Below, piece after piece: positions 51,303 to 63,802 of a stretch of DNA of 64,000 nucleotides. How positions within the stretch are numbered: the stretch's first letter is position 1; each line of letters begins with the position of its first letter. Position numbers and translations under genes: made by a program. The notes under the pieces were generated by a model, which saw only the letters and a list, made by a program, of their open reading frames with translations, did not search any database and was not told the origin of the DNA. This stretch comes from Octopus bimaculoides (lineage: Eukaryota). Location of the stretch: assembly GCF_001194135.2 (NCBI RefSeq), contig NC_068983.1, positions 28,543,275-28,607,274 on the forward strand, written 5' to 3'.

Positions 51303-51629
51303 CAATGTAACCAGGAAATATAAGATCTGGAGATGTATTATAAGATACTAGTGCAGAGGCAAAGAAGCCTTTATATATATTCGAAGGTCATACTGAATTC
51401 AATGTAATTTAGAATAAAGTCAATTAAAGAAAATCATATTACAGAGGCAGAAAAAATATTTGATTATAATTATCAAATTGAGAAATACAAATTAAACTTT
51501 AAATGCAAATTCTAACAGTGAAATAAATGTTACATGAAGAGCAAAAATAAAAGAAGTCTAATGTTTTGGGCAGAACCAACCAATGCAGAGGAATGGTAAA
51601 TGGTATTGAAGGATAAATGAAGGTTAGAA

Positions 51630-51681
<52 letters not shown>

Positions 51682-53495
51682 NNNNNNNNNNAGAGAGAGA
51701 GGTAATCCTTTATTAATTCTCATGACAGAGAGAGAGAGAGAGAGAGAGGGAGAGAGGTAATCCTTTATTAATTCTCATGACAGATGATTGATTTCCATCC
51801 ACTAGCCTGCATCCCAAGTGGTAACACACCATTTTTCTATAGGCAACAAATTGATAGAATCATTACTGCATCTGTTAGAATACCTTGTGGCATTTGTTCT
51901 GGTTTTCTGCACTCTAATTTGAAATTCTAAGGAGATCAATTTTACCTTTCACCCTTCCAGAGTTGATAAATACAGTACAGGACCAGTCAAATACTGAGGT
52001 TGATTTTTCTTTCTCTTTTGAATCTGCTATGATGTAGAATATGTAACTTCACAGAGCCAGTGACCTTACTGTAAAACCACCCAAGAAACTTTTGATAAGA
52101 GGTCAGCTAAATCTGCAATGTATATCGTCCTAGATGCTCCAATGGATCAAGACTGAAAGGGCTAAAAGGGTGCCTTTGCTCATAACTGCAGGGATACATA
52201 AAATATTTAATAAAAGCATGGGGACCTGATAATCACTCTTAATTTCATGTGCTGGCTGTAGTTAGATAGTCTAACTACTCTGGGTGACGCTGCCATACAG
52301 TTTTTATCAATCTTATTCACACATAATCCATTGGTCAGCCTGGTTACAGGAGCCACTCTGTGGGACTGAACCTGAAACCATGTGGTCGTAAAGCAAACTT
52401 CTTAACCACACAGCCATGCCTGCGCCAGTGGAGATAGAGTTGTTTTGTTTCATTTTGTTTTATGTTTTAGTCATCAGTTACAGTGCCCTTGACCCTTATT
52501 AAGGCCCCTGAGACTGATAGCTTGAAAGGAAAGAAGCTATGGTCAGAATGGAGACCTGGTCTGAATTTTGTTGCAGGGGAGACCATATTATAAGTTACTC
52601 AAGGAGATAAGATACTATGAATTTGATGATCCCTAATTGAAGCAGATATATGACCAAAGCTGTTTCAGCTATGATCATCCCATCTTACTTGTCTATGACT
52701 ACAAAAGCCAATCCAGCTTTCCTTTTTTTCAAATGGTAGGATGTGAAGAATTTTGATTGTTATTTCTAGGAAGTTGAGAAAACATGTAGATGCATTCCTT
52801 CTCATATTTCATACTCTTAAAATTTACAGTATGCATTTGTTGTTGTAGATTTTTGGCCCTAGGTCCAGCCAGACCTGGGGCCATTTCAGTCAACACTATC
52901 TTGTCTGTTAGGCTTATCATGGAATACATCAACTAATGTGTTCGTTCATCCTTTGCTTATTTAATAGAGTAATGTGTGATTTGAGAGAGATTTGGCTGCT
53001 GTTTCTGATAAACTGAATAACAACATACAGTCTCCTTTAAGGGCTCATAAAGAGGGAAGAATTTAGGGATAGTAATGTCAAGGAATACAGGGAATTGAAG
53101 TAGCTTATGATAATGAGGAATAATTTGATTTACAATATCTAATGATAGAACATATTGCAAAAAAATAGCAATTTCAAAGAGCTACTCCAACCAAAGAATT
53201 TATTATAAATGGATGCAAAGCATAAATAATGAGAATATTCTATTATTTTGCAGATTTATTGGAAGTTAAGTGTTTGTTTGTTTGTTGTTTTTTTTTTTAG
53301 ATATTTATCTTTCCTATGAAAATAAAGCAAGTTATTATGCTTATCTGAAAGATATATTGATTTTTAGAATATAAATTTTTAAAAAAGGGTGGGGAGACAT
53401 CAATTTTAGTTCCCTTGCTTCAAATGTTACAATTGCATCTCAGATTCCAATCTTATGTTGATTTCTTTCTGAAACTAAGACAAGCAAGTTTCAAA

Positions 53496-53634
53496 GCAAT
53501 GGAAGTAAGCAGCTAGAGTTTTATGGGGTGTTTTGTCTGTAAAGCTCTGACTAGGCTTGGAATTATTGGTGCAGCAGAGAGCAAGGTTATAAATTCCATC
53601 ACTGAGGTTGCAGAGAAGGCTAATAGGTGGCTTT

Positions 53635-53668
<34 letters not shown>
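53496..53668 (+). mobile_element. HERO-like (RLE non-LTR) C-terminal remnant plus A32
   Basis: AMEVSS*SFMGCFVCKALTRLGIIGAAESKVINSITEVAEKANRWL resembles the HERO EVGCRGF...AAEKASRWLW end; poly(A) at 53637-53668. Confidence 0.65.
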
Positions 53669-53670
<2 letters not shown>

Positions 53671-53711
53671 AAAAAGAGGGTAGACCAGTGTTTTGCTACA
53701 ACTGAAATAGT

Positions 53712-53960
53712 AGAGTCATATGGCTTAGTGGTTAGGATGTTGGACTCACGATTGTAAGATTGCAGTTTCAATTCCTGGACTGGGTGATGCATTGTGTTCT
53801 TGAGGAAAACACTTCATTTCATGTTGCTCCAGTCTACTTAGCTGACAAAAATGAGTACTCCTGTGATAGACTGGCATCCCATCTAGGTGGGGAATTTATA
53901 CACCATGGAAACCACAAAACCAGCCCTTATGAGTCACCATGACTCAAGAAAGTAACTTCC
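53712..53960 (+). mobile_element. SINE family D head with tail Y
   Basis: tggcttagtggttagg...aatgagtactcctgtgatagactggcatcccatc. Confidence 0.8.
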
Positions 53961-53999
53961 TTCACTTTTTTACTACTGAGGTTTAAATCTTTTTCTTTT

Positions 54000-54445
54000 C
54001 TCTTTACCTTTTCACTTACTTCAGTCATTAGACTGCAGCCATGCTGGAGCACCACCCTGAAGAACTATTTTTTGTCAAATCAATCAACTCCAGTACTTCT
54101 TTTTTTTAAACTGGAATTTATTTTATTGATCTCTTTTGCCAAACTTCTAAGTTACAGGGACATAAACAGACCAGCACCAGTTGTCATCAGTGGTGGGGGA
54201 CAAACGCATACACACACACACATTCACACACACACACATCCACACAAACTCACAGACATATATACACACATCGATATAATGGGCTTCTTTCAGTTTCTGT
54301 CTACCAAGTTCACTCACAAGGCTTTGGTTGCCCTGAGGCTATAATAGAAGACATTTGCCCAAGGTGCTACACAGTGGGACTGAACTTAGAACCATGTGGT
54401 TGGGAAGCAAACTTCTTATCACGCAGCCATGCCTGTGCCTACATA
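54000..54445 (-). mobile_element. SINE family A
   Basis: Full bipartite copy with internal (CA)n. Confidence 0.85.
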
Positions 54446-54462
54446 TAAATATNNNNNNNNNN

Positions 54463-54498
<36 letters not shown>

Positions 54499-55536
54499 CA
54501 TAGGCACACACACACACATATATATATTTGCTTCTCAGATGTAATACCCTCTTGTAAACACAGATTCTGCTCAACATTTGCCCATTTTATTAAATCAATG
54601 TAGCTCCCTAACTATGGTTATCCTTAATTATGGATTAAATCTAAGGTACACCTAGACTGACCTAGCAACTTACCCCCACCACTAACTCCACCCTTTTTAC
54701 TAAATCATTCCCCCACATGATTAACTTTGCACATTCCTCTTACCCATCACATCCCATCTCCCTTAAAGCCTCTCCAACCTTGCATGGCAAGTGTGAAAGG
54801 ACAGTAAGAGAATAAAACTGCATAATACTATAAGCTGAATATTTATAACAGAACTTAAATACAACAATTTATTGATTCGATTCTGGTGTCATGTAAAACT
54901 AATTGCATGTATCATCAATAAATATTTATGTACAATATGTACAAACACGCACTAAAAATATTTTATTTTATTGATTAGCATATCTGAGCTGTCAATAATG
55001 ATGGAGGCATTATTGAAATATGTACATGAGAAAAGTTGCTAATGAGAGTATGAGGGTTTCAATAAAATTACCAAAATATATAAAAGCTAGGAAAATAAGA
55101 AAATTATATTTATCACTCCCCAAATATTTTACAGGTTTGATTACATTTTTATATGTACAGTATGTTGTAGCTGGCGATTCACTTGTTATTATACATTATA
55201 TTATTTTCTACAATAAATGCTCTAACTAATTTTACAAATGTTGTACATGTACATGTTTTGAAATCTACCAAAACATATGCATATTTACAGATGGATACAT
55301 GACCTTACAAACAGGTTGCATATGTTTTCTAAAAACTTTTAAGGAACAGCAGGTTTAGCTTATTAAAGCTGTGCATTTACAACATATTTGACACATTTTG
55401 TGCAAAAGCTACAAATGAATATCAGAAGCATTATCGTTCACATTCAACTGCAAAAGTTCCTGAAGAACAATCGTTTTTGGTGTTCTTAAACTTCAATCTA
55501 GAATTTCAAATTATTAGTGTTTTTTGTTCAGCATAA

Positions 55537-55769
55537 CCCTTTAGCATTTAAACCGGTCATATCCAGTCCAAAATATTCTATCTCTTCCATGTTTAAACTG
55601 GCCACATGTTCCATGTTTAAACTAGCCTTTCACACCTACATGACAATGTCATTCAAAACATTAACAATTGCATCATTGAAATCTCAAGGCTATGAGATAA
55701 TACGTGCTTAATTCAAAACTATATGAATAAATAGGTCACATTTGACAGAATAATCTGATTGCTAAAGGG
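55537..55769. mobile_element. piggyBac-like MITE copy 3
   Basis: ataa|ccctttagcattt...gctaaaggg|ttaa. Confidence 0.8.
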
Positions 55770-55783
55770 TTAACCATGTGTAG

Positions 55784-56108
55784 TGAATGCATGTGGCTTA
55801 GCGGTTAGGGTATTCGGCTGTTGATTGTAAGGCCATGAGTTCAATTCCAGGCAATATATTGTGTCCTTGAGCAAGACACTTTATTTCACATTACTCCAGT
55901 TCACTCAGCTGGTAAAAGTAAGCTGTACCTGTAATTCAAAGAGCCAGCCTTGTCACATTCTGCCTCACGTTGGACCTCCCTCAGAACTACGCTAAGGGTA
56001 CATATGTTTGTGGAGTTCTCAGCCATTTGCACATTAATTTCATGAGCCAGGCTGTTCCATTGATCGAATCAACTGGAACCCTTGTCACAGTAACTTACAG
56101 AGTGCCAG
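55784..56108 (+). mobile_element. SINE family D head with tail X
   Basis: Same organisation as 19474-19797. Confidence 0.85.
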
Positions 56109-56233
56109 ATTTTTTAAATCATGCGTAACATCCATATTGTGAGGAGTTATCTAAAGTTAAGCATGAGATAGCAAATTACTAGATTGGCAAGTTATTTCGT
56201 GGATTTATTCTGGTCACCATTTTGAAAAAGTAA

Positions 56234-56667
56234 GGAATGGCTGTGTGGTAAGTAGCTTGCTTACCAACCACATGGTTCAGGGTTCACTCCCACTGCATGA
56301 CACCTTGCGCAAGTGCCTTCTACTATAGCCTCCGGCCGACCAAAGCCTTGCGAGTGGATTTGGTAGACAGAAACTGAAAGAAGCCCGTCGTATATATATA
56401 TAAATATATATAGATATATATATAGATATGTATGTGTGTGTATATGTTTGTGTGTCTGTGTTTGTCTCCCCAACTTCGCTTGACAACCGATGCTGGTGCG
56501 TTTACGTCCCCATAACTTAGCGGTTCGGCAAAAAGAGATCGATAAAATAAGCACTAGGCTTACAAAGAATAAGTCCTCGGGTAGATTTGCTCGACTAAAG
56601 GCGGTGCCCCAGCATGGCCACAGTCAAATGACTGAAACAAGTAAAAGAGTAAAAGAGTAAAAGAGTC
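56234..56667 (+). mobile_element. SINE family A, full length, (GTAAAAGA)3 tail
   Basis: aggaatggctgtgtggtaag...gactgaaacaagtaaaagagtaaaagagtaaaagagt. Confidence 0.92.
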
Positions 56668-57132
56668 CGTTAAGCTCAGACTACAATAATGAGGAAGAAA
56701 TCTCCTATAAATGTTGCAATGCACAACAAATCAGCAGAACTTATAGATAGTAAAACATTAGTTAAGCATTATGTGACAAAGAAGACAACAGAATGAAATT
56801 TCAAGTTAAAAATAATAAACAGAGACACTATTAAGCAACAAAGCAGAGACACAGTTGGATAATTTAGAAAACATCAAACTATTGCACACATTAAGCATTC
56901 TGAGATGAGGAATACAGCAGAATGAACTTTCAAATACAAAAAATAAACAGATTGACTCCAACTTGTATTGAATAATTTAGAAAAGAAATCTTATAAAATG
57001 AAACAAATTCAACAGCTTCAACCACTTAAGTGTTACTCACCAAAAAAAAGGACATACAGAAAGACATGTAGTCAAAACTGATGCTTTTACTAAAGGGAAA
57101 ATGTCAAAATATGACGCTTATTTATTTATTGC

Positions 57133-57169
<37 letters not shown>

Positions 57170-57345
57170 TTTCTGGTGGCCAACTGGCAGAATCATTAGT
57201 AGGCCAAAGAAAATAATGCCAAGGTTGACTTTGCCTTTCATCCTTTTGGGGTTGATAAATTAAGTACTCAGTGAAACACTGGGGTCAACATAATTGACTA
57301 GTCCCCTCCCACCAAATTTGAGGCCATGTGTCTCCAGTAGAAAAG

Positions 57346-57395
<50 letters not shown>

Positions 57396-57830
57396 CATTA
57401 TTATTATTATTATCATCATCATTATTATTGAGGCAGCTAGCTGGTAGAATCATTAGTATGCCAGGTAAAATGCTGAGCATCATTTCGTCCATCTTTATAT
57501 TCTGAGTTCAAATTTTGCTGAGGTTGACTTTGCCTTTTATCCTTTATGGTTGATAAAATAAGTACCATGGGGTCAATGTAATTGGCTATACCCTTCCCAC
57601 AAATTTCAGGCCTTGTGCCTTTAGTAGAAAGGATTATCATTATTATTATCTCTTTTTAAAAAGCATAACAGGAAATGAATTGGCAGAGTCATTAGAGTGT
57701 TGGATAAAATACTCCTTGTATATTTCTTTCAAACTTTCTATGTTCTGAGATCAAATCTCACCATGGTCAACTTCACTGTTTATTCTTTCATAATCAATAA
57801 AAGAGTGTCAATGAATTGGTAGAACTGCAA
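57170..57830 (+). mobile_element. Tandem SINE C array separated by (ATT)n
   Basis: Units at about 57170-57340 (internally deleted), 57430-57640 and a diverged unit at 57670-57830. Confidence 0.8.
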
Positions 57831-60249
57831 GAATGTCTTCTGGTACTTGTTCTAGCACTTTGTGTTCTGAGTTACAATATCATTATGGCTTACTTGAGTG
57901 GTAGACCTAATCTGTCACTCAATTTAACATCAGTACCTACAGCCTGGATGCTTTTAACAGAAACTTCTCTATTGCAAGCATTCAGACTAAGTCTTTTATT
58001 AGAGAATAGCTTTCCGCATTCCAACCAATAATCTCAGAGGGTTATGAGCAATGTTTTTCTTTTGACTAAAAAGATTAAAAAAAAAAAAAAACATAAACAT
58101 CGCATTGTAGATGCTACCAAAAATTGAATCAAAGCTGTAAAATGAGTCCACTAAGATTTTATACTGCCACACTTAAAAGTTACTTTTATAGAAAATATTA
58201 ACAAACGTTATCTAAGTTACTTTTATAGAAAATATTAACAAATGGTATCTATTAAGATCCATTGGCAGTCTATTTTATTTTGAAGTTATTAGGATTCATG
58301 TACTGCAAAAATCTGATTTTTGCACAGACTTTACAATAAATCAATAATTTAAGTTTTAGAATGGTTTCATCAGTAATGCAAGCAAAACTTCACAGCATTT
58401 TAAATGTTCTGCATAAGACACTTTAATAATATTAGAAGAACAATCTAATATTGAAGTTTAATTCACTTCTAAAAATTTGCTTTTTGGCTTCTTTTAATGG
58501 CAGACAGAATCAGAAAATAACAACTGTAACTATTATCTAAACACATACAAGGAAACTGTGGAATAAAAAAGGATATATTCAAAAGACATTCTCATTAATT
58601 TAGCCATAAAATAAGATAATCTTTTAATGAAAATTTTTCTGAATAGGAAAGTTAAGAAGTTTATCTGGAAATTGGTTTCTTTTCATTTCTTTTCAATTTC
58701 TCTTTTTTTATCATTATGTACACAGGCATCATGATGGCAGGGATACACACAAAATTGATGAATTAATTCAGTAGTAAAATAAAGAATCAGATCTGAGTAG
58801 TAAGAATAAAGGCAAAGATGCTAGGATGGAGGTGGTGATACTTCAGATGTTGACTTTGTTCATGGTAAGGACTAATTCATCATCAAACACAAATTCTTGA
58901 AATAATGTAACTTCAAGTCAGACAAGATTAAGTGGAATTTCGTTGAGCCAAAGTAAACTTGGGATACAGAGGAATATTGGACACAAATAAATTCGAAATA
59001 TGTTCATGTGACACATTTTTATAAAAACATACAGTAAAGGCATTTAAGTGACATACTGTAAAGTCCATGTGACATCTTTTCATTGAAATAGATATAGATG
59101 TAGACATTGCTGTGTGGTTAAAAAGATCACCTCTGAACTATATGGTTTGTGGTTCACTTCCACTGCATGGGTATTGTTAGTTAAGTCCTCTAGCTAGTAG
59201 AGGATTTAGCTAACATTTGTTCTGAGCTCAAGTTAATGAATACCTTTGAATATAGCTGGTAGTAAGAGACTGGAAGAAGTTCATTATATATGCATGTGTG
59301 TGGAGGTGACTGAGTGTATATCTCCTGTCTTAACACGTGCACACTGACTGTAAACAAAGTATTGCTTTTCATACAAATAATGTCAGTTGTTACAAATCTC
59401 TGAAACAGCATGTGCAGTTTGTTCACTGTTTGATAGACTAAGGAAAATACTACCATGCTTGGAAATATATGAAGGTTAACAACAGGAAGAGTATCTGACT
59501 GTAAAAAAAAGATCTCTTCAACAAAACCTCATCAGATCTATGCAAGTATGGGACATTAGAATGATGAGGATGAGGTAATATTTGTTTCAAAAAAATGCTG
59601 GATGAATAGATGATGTAAGTCCAAGTTAATGTGGCAAACTGGACAGAATCATTTGTGTGCTGAAGAGAATGCATCACAGCATTTGTTTGGAGTTCAAATC
59701 CTACCAAAATCAACTTTGCATCTCAGAATCAGTAAAAGTATCAGTTCAGGGCTTTGGATTAATGGACTTGTTAGGACATTAAATAAGCTGCTTTGTGGTA
59801 TTTGTTAGAGCTCTGTGCATTCTGCCTCATCACAGAAAAACAATGAAATTTTATCAGTATGCACCACCCAACAGATAGTATTACAGTTTGAAAAATGAGT
59901 TGAAGCATAGTTTACTTAGTTTAATGAGATCAACTAATGATTAGTCAGCTAATTAACTAATACCACCNNNNNNNNNNNNNNNNNNNNNNNNNNNNNNNNN
60001 NNNNNNNNNNNNNNNNNNNNNNNNNNNNNNNNNNNNNNNNNNNNNNNNNNNNNNNNNNNNNNNNNNNNNNNNNNNNNNNNNNNNNNNNNNNNNNNNNNNN
60101 NNNNNNNNNNNNNNNNNNNNNNNNNNNNNNNNNNNNNNNNNNNNNNNNNNNNNNNNNNNNNNNNNNNNNNNNNNNNNNNNNNNNNNNNNNNNNNNNNNNN
60201 NNNNNNNNNNNNNNNNNNNNNNNNNNNNNNNNNNNNNNNNNNNNNNNNN

Positions 60250-60472
60250 GGGACGCCAGTCCATCGCAGCATTACTCAAGAAACAGAAAGAAAGAGTGTG
60301 AGAAAGTTGGGGCAAAAGAGTACAAACAGGGGTCGCCACCACGCCCTGCCAGAGCCTCATAGAGCTTAGGTGTTTTCATTCAACAAACACTCACAAAGCC
60401 CGGTCTGGGAATCAAAACCACTATCCTCCGACCGCGAGTCTGCTGCCCTAACCACTGGGCCATTGCACCTGC
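60250..60472 (-). mobile_element. SINE family B head and body joined to tail Y
   Basis: B head and body followed on the minus strand by gagtaatgctgcgatggactggcgtccc, then a gap. Confidence 0.75.
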
Positions 60473-60902
60473 ACATGTTGGTATATGGGTGTGAATAAAA
60501 CATATCTTTTAAGCTTGTTCTAATTAGACATAAGGATATATTACATATGACTACATCTCGATGACAATATTCAAAATTAGATGCTATCACATTTCAAAGA
60601 ACAACATACTTCTCCTATAATTATCTTATAATCACAATTTATGTAAAATAATGTCATTTGTCACAAGATTCCAATGAAACAGCCAGTGGATCATTACATT
60701 TCTGAAGTCAAGTGCCTCAAAGGAGTGCCTGTGAATTAATTTAGAACAAATACTGTAAATGTCATGTGCAAGAAGCACTTTTTTCCCCCTCAGTTTTATT
60801 AGCAATACTTACATCTTTATGCCAATGCATATTGGCAAAATACACACACACACATGCATACATGTGATTGTGAACACACACACACATGCATACATGCAAT
60901 TG

Positions 60903-60939
<37 letters not shown>

Positions 60940-60944
60940 CGTTT

Positions 60945-61348
60945 CTTTCATTTGTTGCAGGCATTAAACTGTGGCCATACTGGGACACTGCCCTGAAGGG
61001 TTTAATCAAACAAATCCACTGCAGTACTTGTTTTTTAAGCCTGTACTTATTCCATAGGTCTCTTTTGCTGAACCACTAGGTTATGGAGTTGTAAACAAAC
61101 CAACATCGGTTTTCAAACAGTGGTAGGGGACAAACAAAAACACAATGACATACACACACACAAATATATATATATATATACATATTCAACGGGCTTCTTT
61201 CAGTTGCCATCCAACAAATCTACTTGCAACACTTTGGTCAACCTGGGGCTATAGGTGAAGACATTCACTGAAGGTCCTGTGCAGTGGGACTGAACCCAAA
61301 ACCATGTGACAGGGAAAGCAAACTTCTTACCATAAACTCATGCCTGCA
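60945..61348 (-). mobile_element. SINE family A, diverged
   Basis: Both halves present. Confidence 0.8.
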
Positions 61349-61386
61349 CTTTTTATAAAGCCAGTGTAAGTTATAAGAAATTATAC

Positions 61387-61597
61387 TTTCTATTATAGTC
61401 ACAAGGCCTGGAATTTGTGGGGAGGGGTATAGTCAATCACATTGACTCCTGTCCTTGACTGGTACTTATTTTATCAACTGCAAAAAGATAAAAGGTAAAG
61501 CTGACCGCAGTGGAATTTGAACTCAGAACATAAAGACAAACAAAATGCCACTAAGCGTTTTGCCAAGTGTGCTAATGATTCTGCCAGCTCACCACTA
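61387..61597 (-). mobile_element. SINE family C, 20-bp TSD
   Basis: taagttataagaaat(t/a)atac at 61367-61386 and 61598-61617. Confidence 0.85.
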
Positions 61598-61979
61598 TAA
61601 GTTATAAGAAATAATACAAGTTGACAGTTTGTACTTTTACTTTGCATTTCAATATTTCAGTGTCAAGACCCTTTCTTCAGGAAATATTTGGAGTAATGGT
61701 GTTGTGAGCTGACATATCTGTGATGTTGTGTGTCAGTTCATGACACGCGTTACGCCAAAAATTTCTTAAAGAAGGGATCCTAACCCTGAAATACTGAAAT
61801 ACAAGGTAAAAGTAAAAACAACTTGTATAATTGCTTATAACTTGCATTGTTTTGCCTTTATAAAAAGAAAAAAAATCATAAACATTTATATATATATAAA
61901 TATATATATATATATCAGAAAATACTTGATGCAACAGAAACACACATATATACATATATATATGTATATATATGTGTGT

Positions 61980-62175
61980 GTGGCACATAAGATGCACCAT
62001 TCGAGCGTGACCATTACCAGCATCGCCTTACTTGTGCTGGTGGCACGTGAAAAACAACATTCGAGTGAGAGCGTTGTCAGTGCGGCTAGACTAGTTCCTG
62101 TGCAGATGACACGTAAAAACGCCATTTGAGTGTGACCATTGTCAGTACCACCTGACTGGCCCTCGTGCCAGTGTT
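61980..62175 (+). repeat. Three ~60-nt units homologous to the RTE 3' UTR subrepeat
   Basis: Repeated ccatt(c/t)gag(c/t)gtga..gtt..cag...gcacgt.aaaa units. Confidence 0.65.
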
Positions 62176-62876
62176 TTTATGTCCACTACCTGCACCCAAC
62201 TACATAGGTGCCAAAAACAATTAACCAGTGGTAGAGCATCAGACAGAAAAGGGCTTGTAGTATTTAGTTATGATCCTTAACCATGTAAGCTCAAATCTTG
62301 CCCAGACTTACTTTGCATTTCACTCTTCCATGTGTGATAAAATAATTACATGAATATGTAATTGGCTACCAACCAGCATATCCATGATCTAGTAACCAAA
62401 ACCTTCAAAAGAATAAAAAACAAAAGAATATTTAAACACATTTCCATAACGACAGCCAGTTTATGCTGGAATCTACAGTAGTCTCTATGCTAACGTTTCT
62501 TAGATGGCATTAGATGTAATGTCTCTGATTTTCCTTGGACACTAATATGGTTCTTTGTCTATAATGGAAAGTTTTTCCTGTAGTCTGATGTAATTTCCAT
62601 TTCTACACAATCGTTGTTCTACTATTCATGTTGTTTTTGCTTCTCTTTTGATTACATCTTTCTGATGCTCTCCTGTACTGAACTTAATGAGAACTGTAGC
62701 CATAGAAAACAGAAAAACAGAAGTAGGAACTAATAGTGCAGAAAACCCAAACTAGTCAAGCAAAATCTAATTTCAAACGTATACATGTGTATTTACGATG
62801 TCGAGAATGACTTAGCAGTTTGTATTTTTCTTTTTATCCAATACATTTTATCATTTCATTTTATCTCCTGCTGCAG

Positions 62877-62900
62877 ACAAATGGTGTTAAAACCTGTAAG
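62877..62900 (+). CDS. Candidate 24-nt micro-exon (TNGVKTCK or QMVLKPV)
   Basis: ttttatcatttcattttatctcctgctgcag|acaaatggtgttaaaacctgtaag|gtaaga; strong signals on both sides and length divisible by 3. Confidence 0.45.
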
Positions 62901-63602
62901 GTAAGACCCAACCAACTCTTTAGTCTTTTATATAACTTTTCTGTGAAAATTAATGAATTAGAGATTATGGTTCTTTGTAGTTCAGGAATTATAGGCTGAT
63001 TAAGAATTCTACTCAAATACTTGTCCAGTATATTTTTTTTCTTTCAATTTTTTTTGTGCATGAAAATGATCAATACAATTGTCTCTGAGGTGCTTTGGCA
63101 GCTTACAATAAAGTTTGACTTCGGTGGATGTAATCAATATTATCAATGCTGAGATTCTTTGATAGCGCAGTGTAAACTCTGATTTTTATTTTACACTGCA
63201 TCAGTAGTTTGGTAGGTTAAATACATGTACACACACACTCACACACACACATATATATCTACAAACTCACACACATATACATATGCACACTTAGATTTAG
63301 CAAGTAAATTAATGGAAATTTAGGGAGAAAGAAATAACTTTCTAAATACAGAATTTAATAGCTATATCTCTTCCCAGAAAGTTCTGGAGGGTTAGTATGT
63401 ATAATCCTTAATACTTCTAAAATACCTACACCAACTCTTTACCACTAACTGTTCTCAAATTAAAATGTGTTGTATGTACTCATAACTGTAGGATACACTA
63501 GAAATTGAAGACAGTTTCTTACGAAGGAATTTTGCAATGGTTTTAGTATTATCTGCTTTCTTTAATGTAATTTTTTTTTAGAAAAATCTATTTGATTTAT
63601 AG

Positions 63603-63800
63603 GTACAGTCATAGCTGCGCTGTTAAGAAGCCTGTCTTACAACCATAAAGTTTTGGAATTTAGTCCCACTGTGTAACACTTCAGGCAAGTGTCTTATTCT
63701 ATGGTCCTAGACAACTAATGTCTTATGAGTGAATTCAGTCAACAGAAACTGTGTGGCAGCTTATTGTATGTGGTATGTGTGTGTGTGTGTGTATGTATGT
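63603..63800 (+). mobile_element. SINE family A head, diverged, ending in (GT)n
   Basis: agtcatagctgcgctgttaagaag...gcaagtgtctt...aacagaaactg. Confidence 0.65.
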
Positions 63801-63802
63801 GA

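Noticed and set aside
51690-51785. Duplicated gagaggtaatcctttattaattctcatgacag beside a gap
   Set aside because: Adjacent to a short gap within (GA)n; most likely a contig-overlap artefact.
58178-58250. ~40-bp tandem duplication
   Set aside because: Simple local slippage duplication with no further structure.
1855-62125. Long ORFs in the supplied track (YIYI, HTHT, CVCV, NNNN and X-runs)
   Set aside because: They are translations of microsatellites, N-gaps and SINE bodies, not genes.
63167-63199. 10-bp stem hairpin gcagtgtaaa/tttacactgc; a similar 12-bp inverted pair near 55270-55330
   Set aside because: Short AT-rich inverted repeats of this length are expected by chance in 64 kb.
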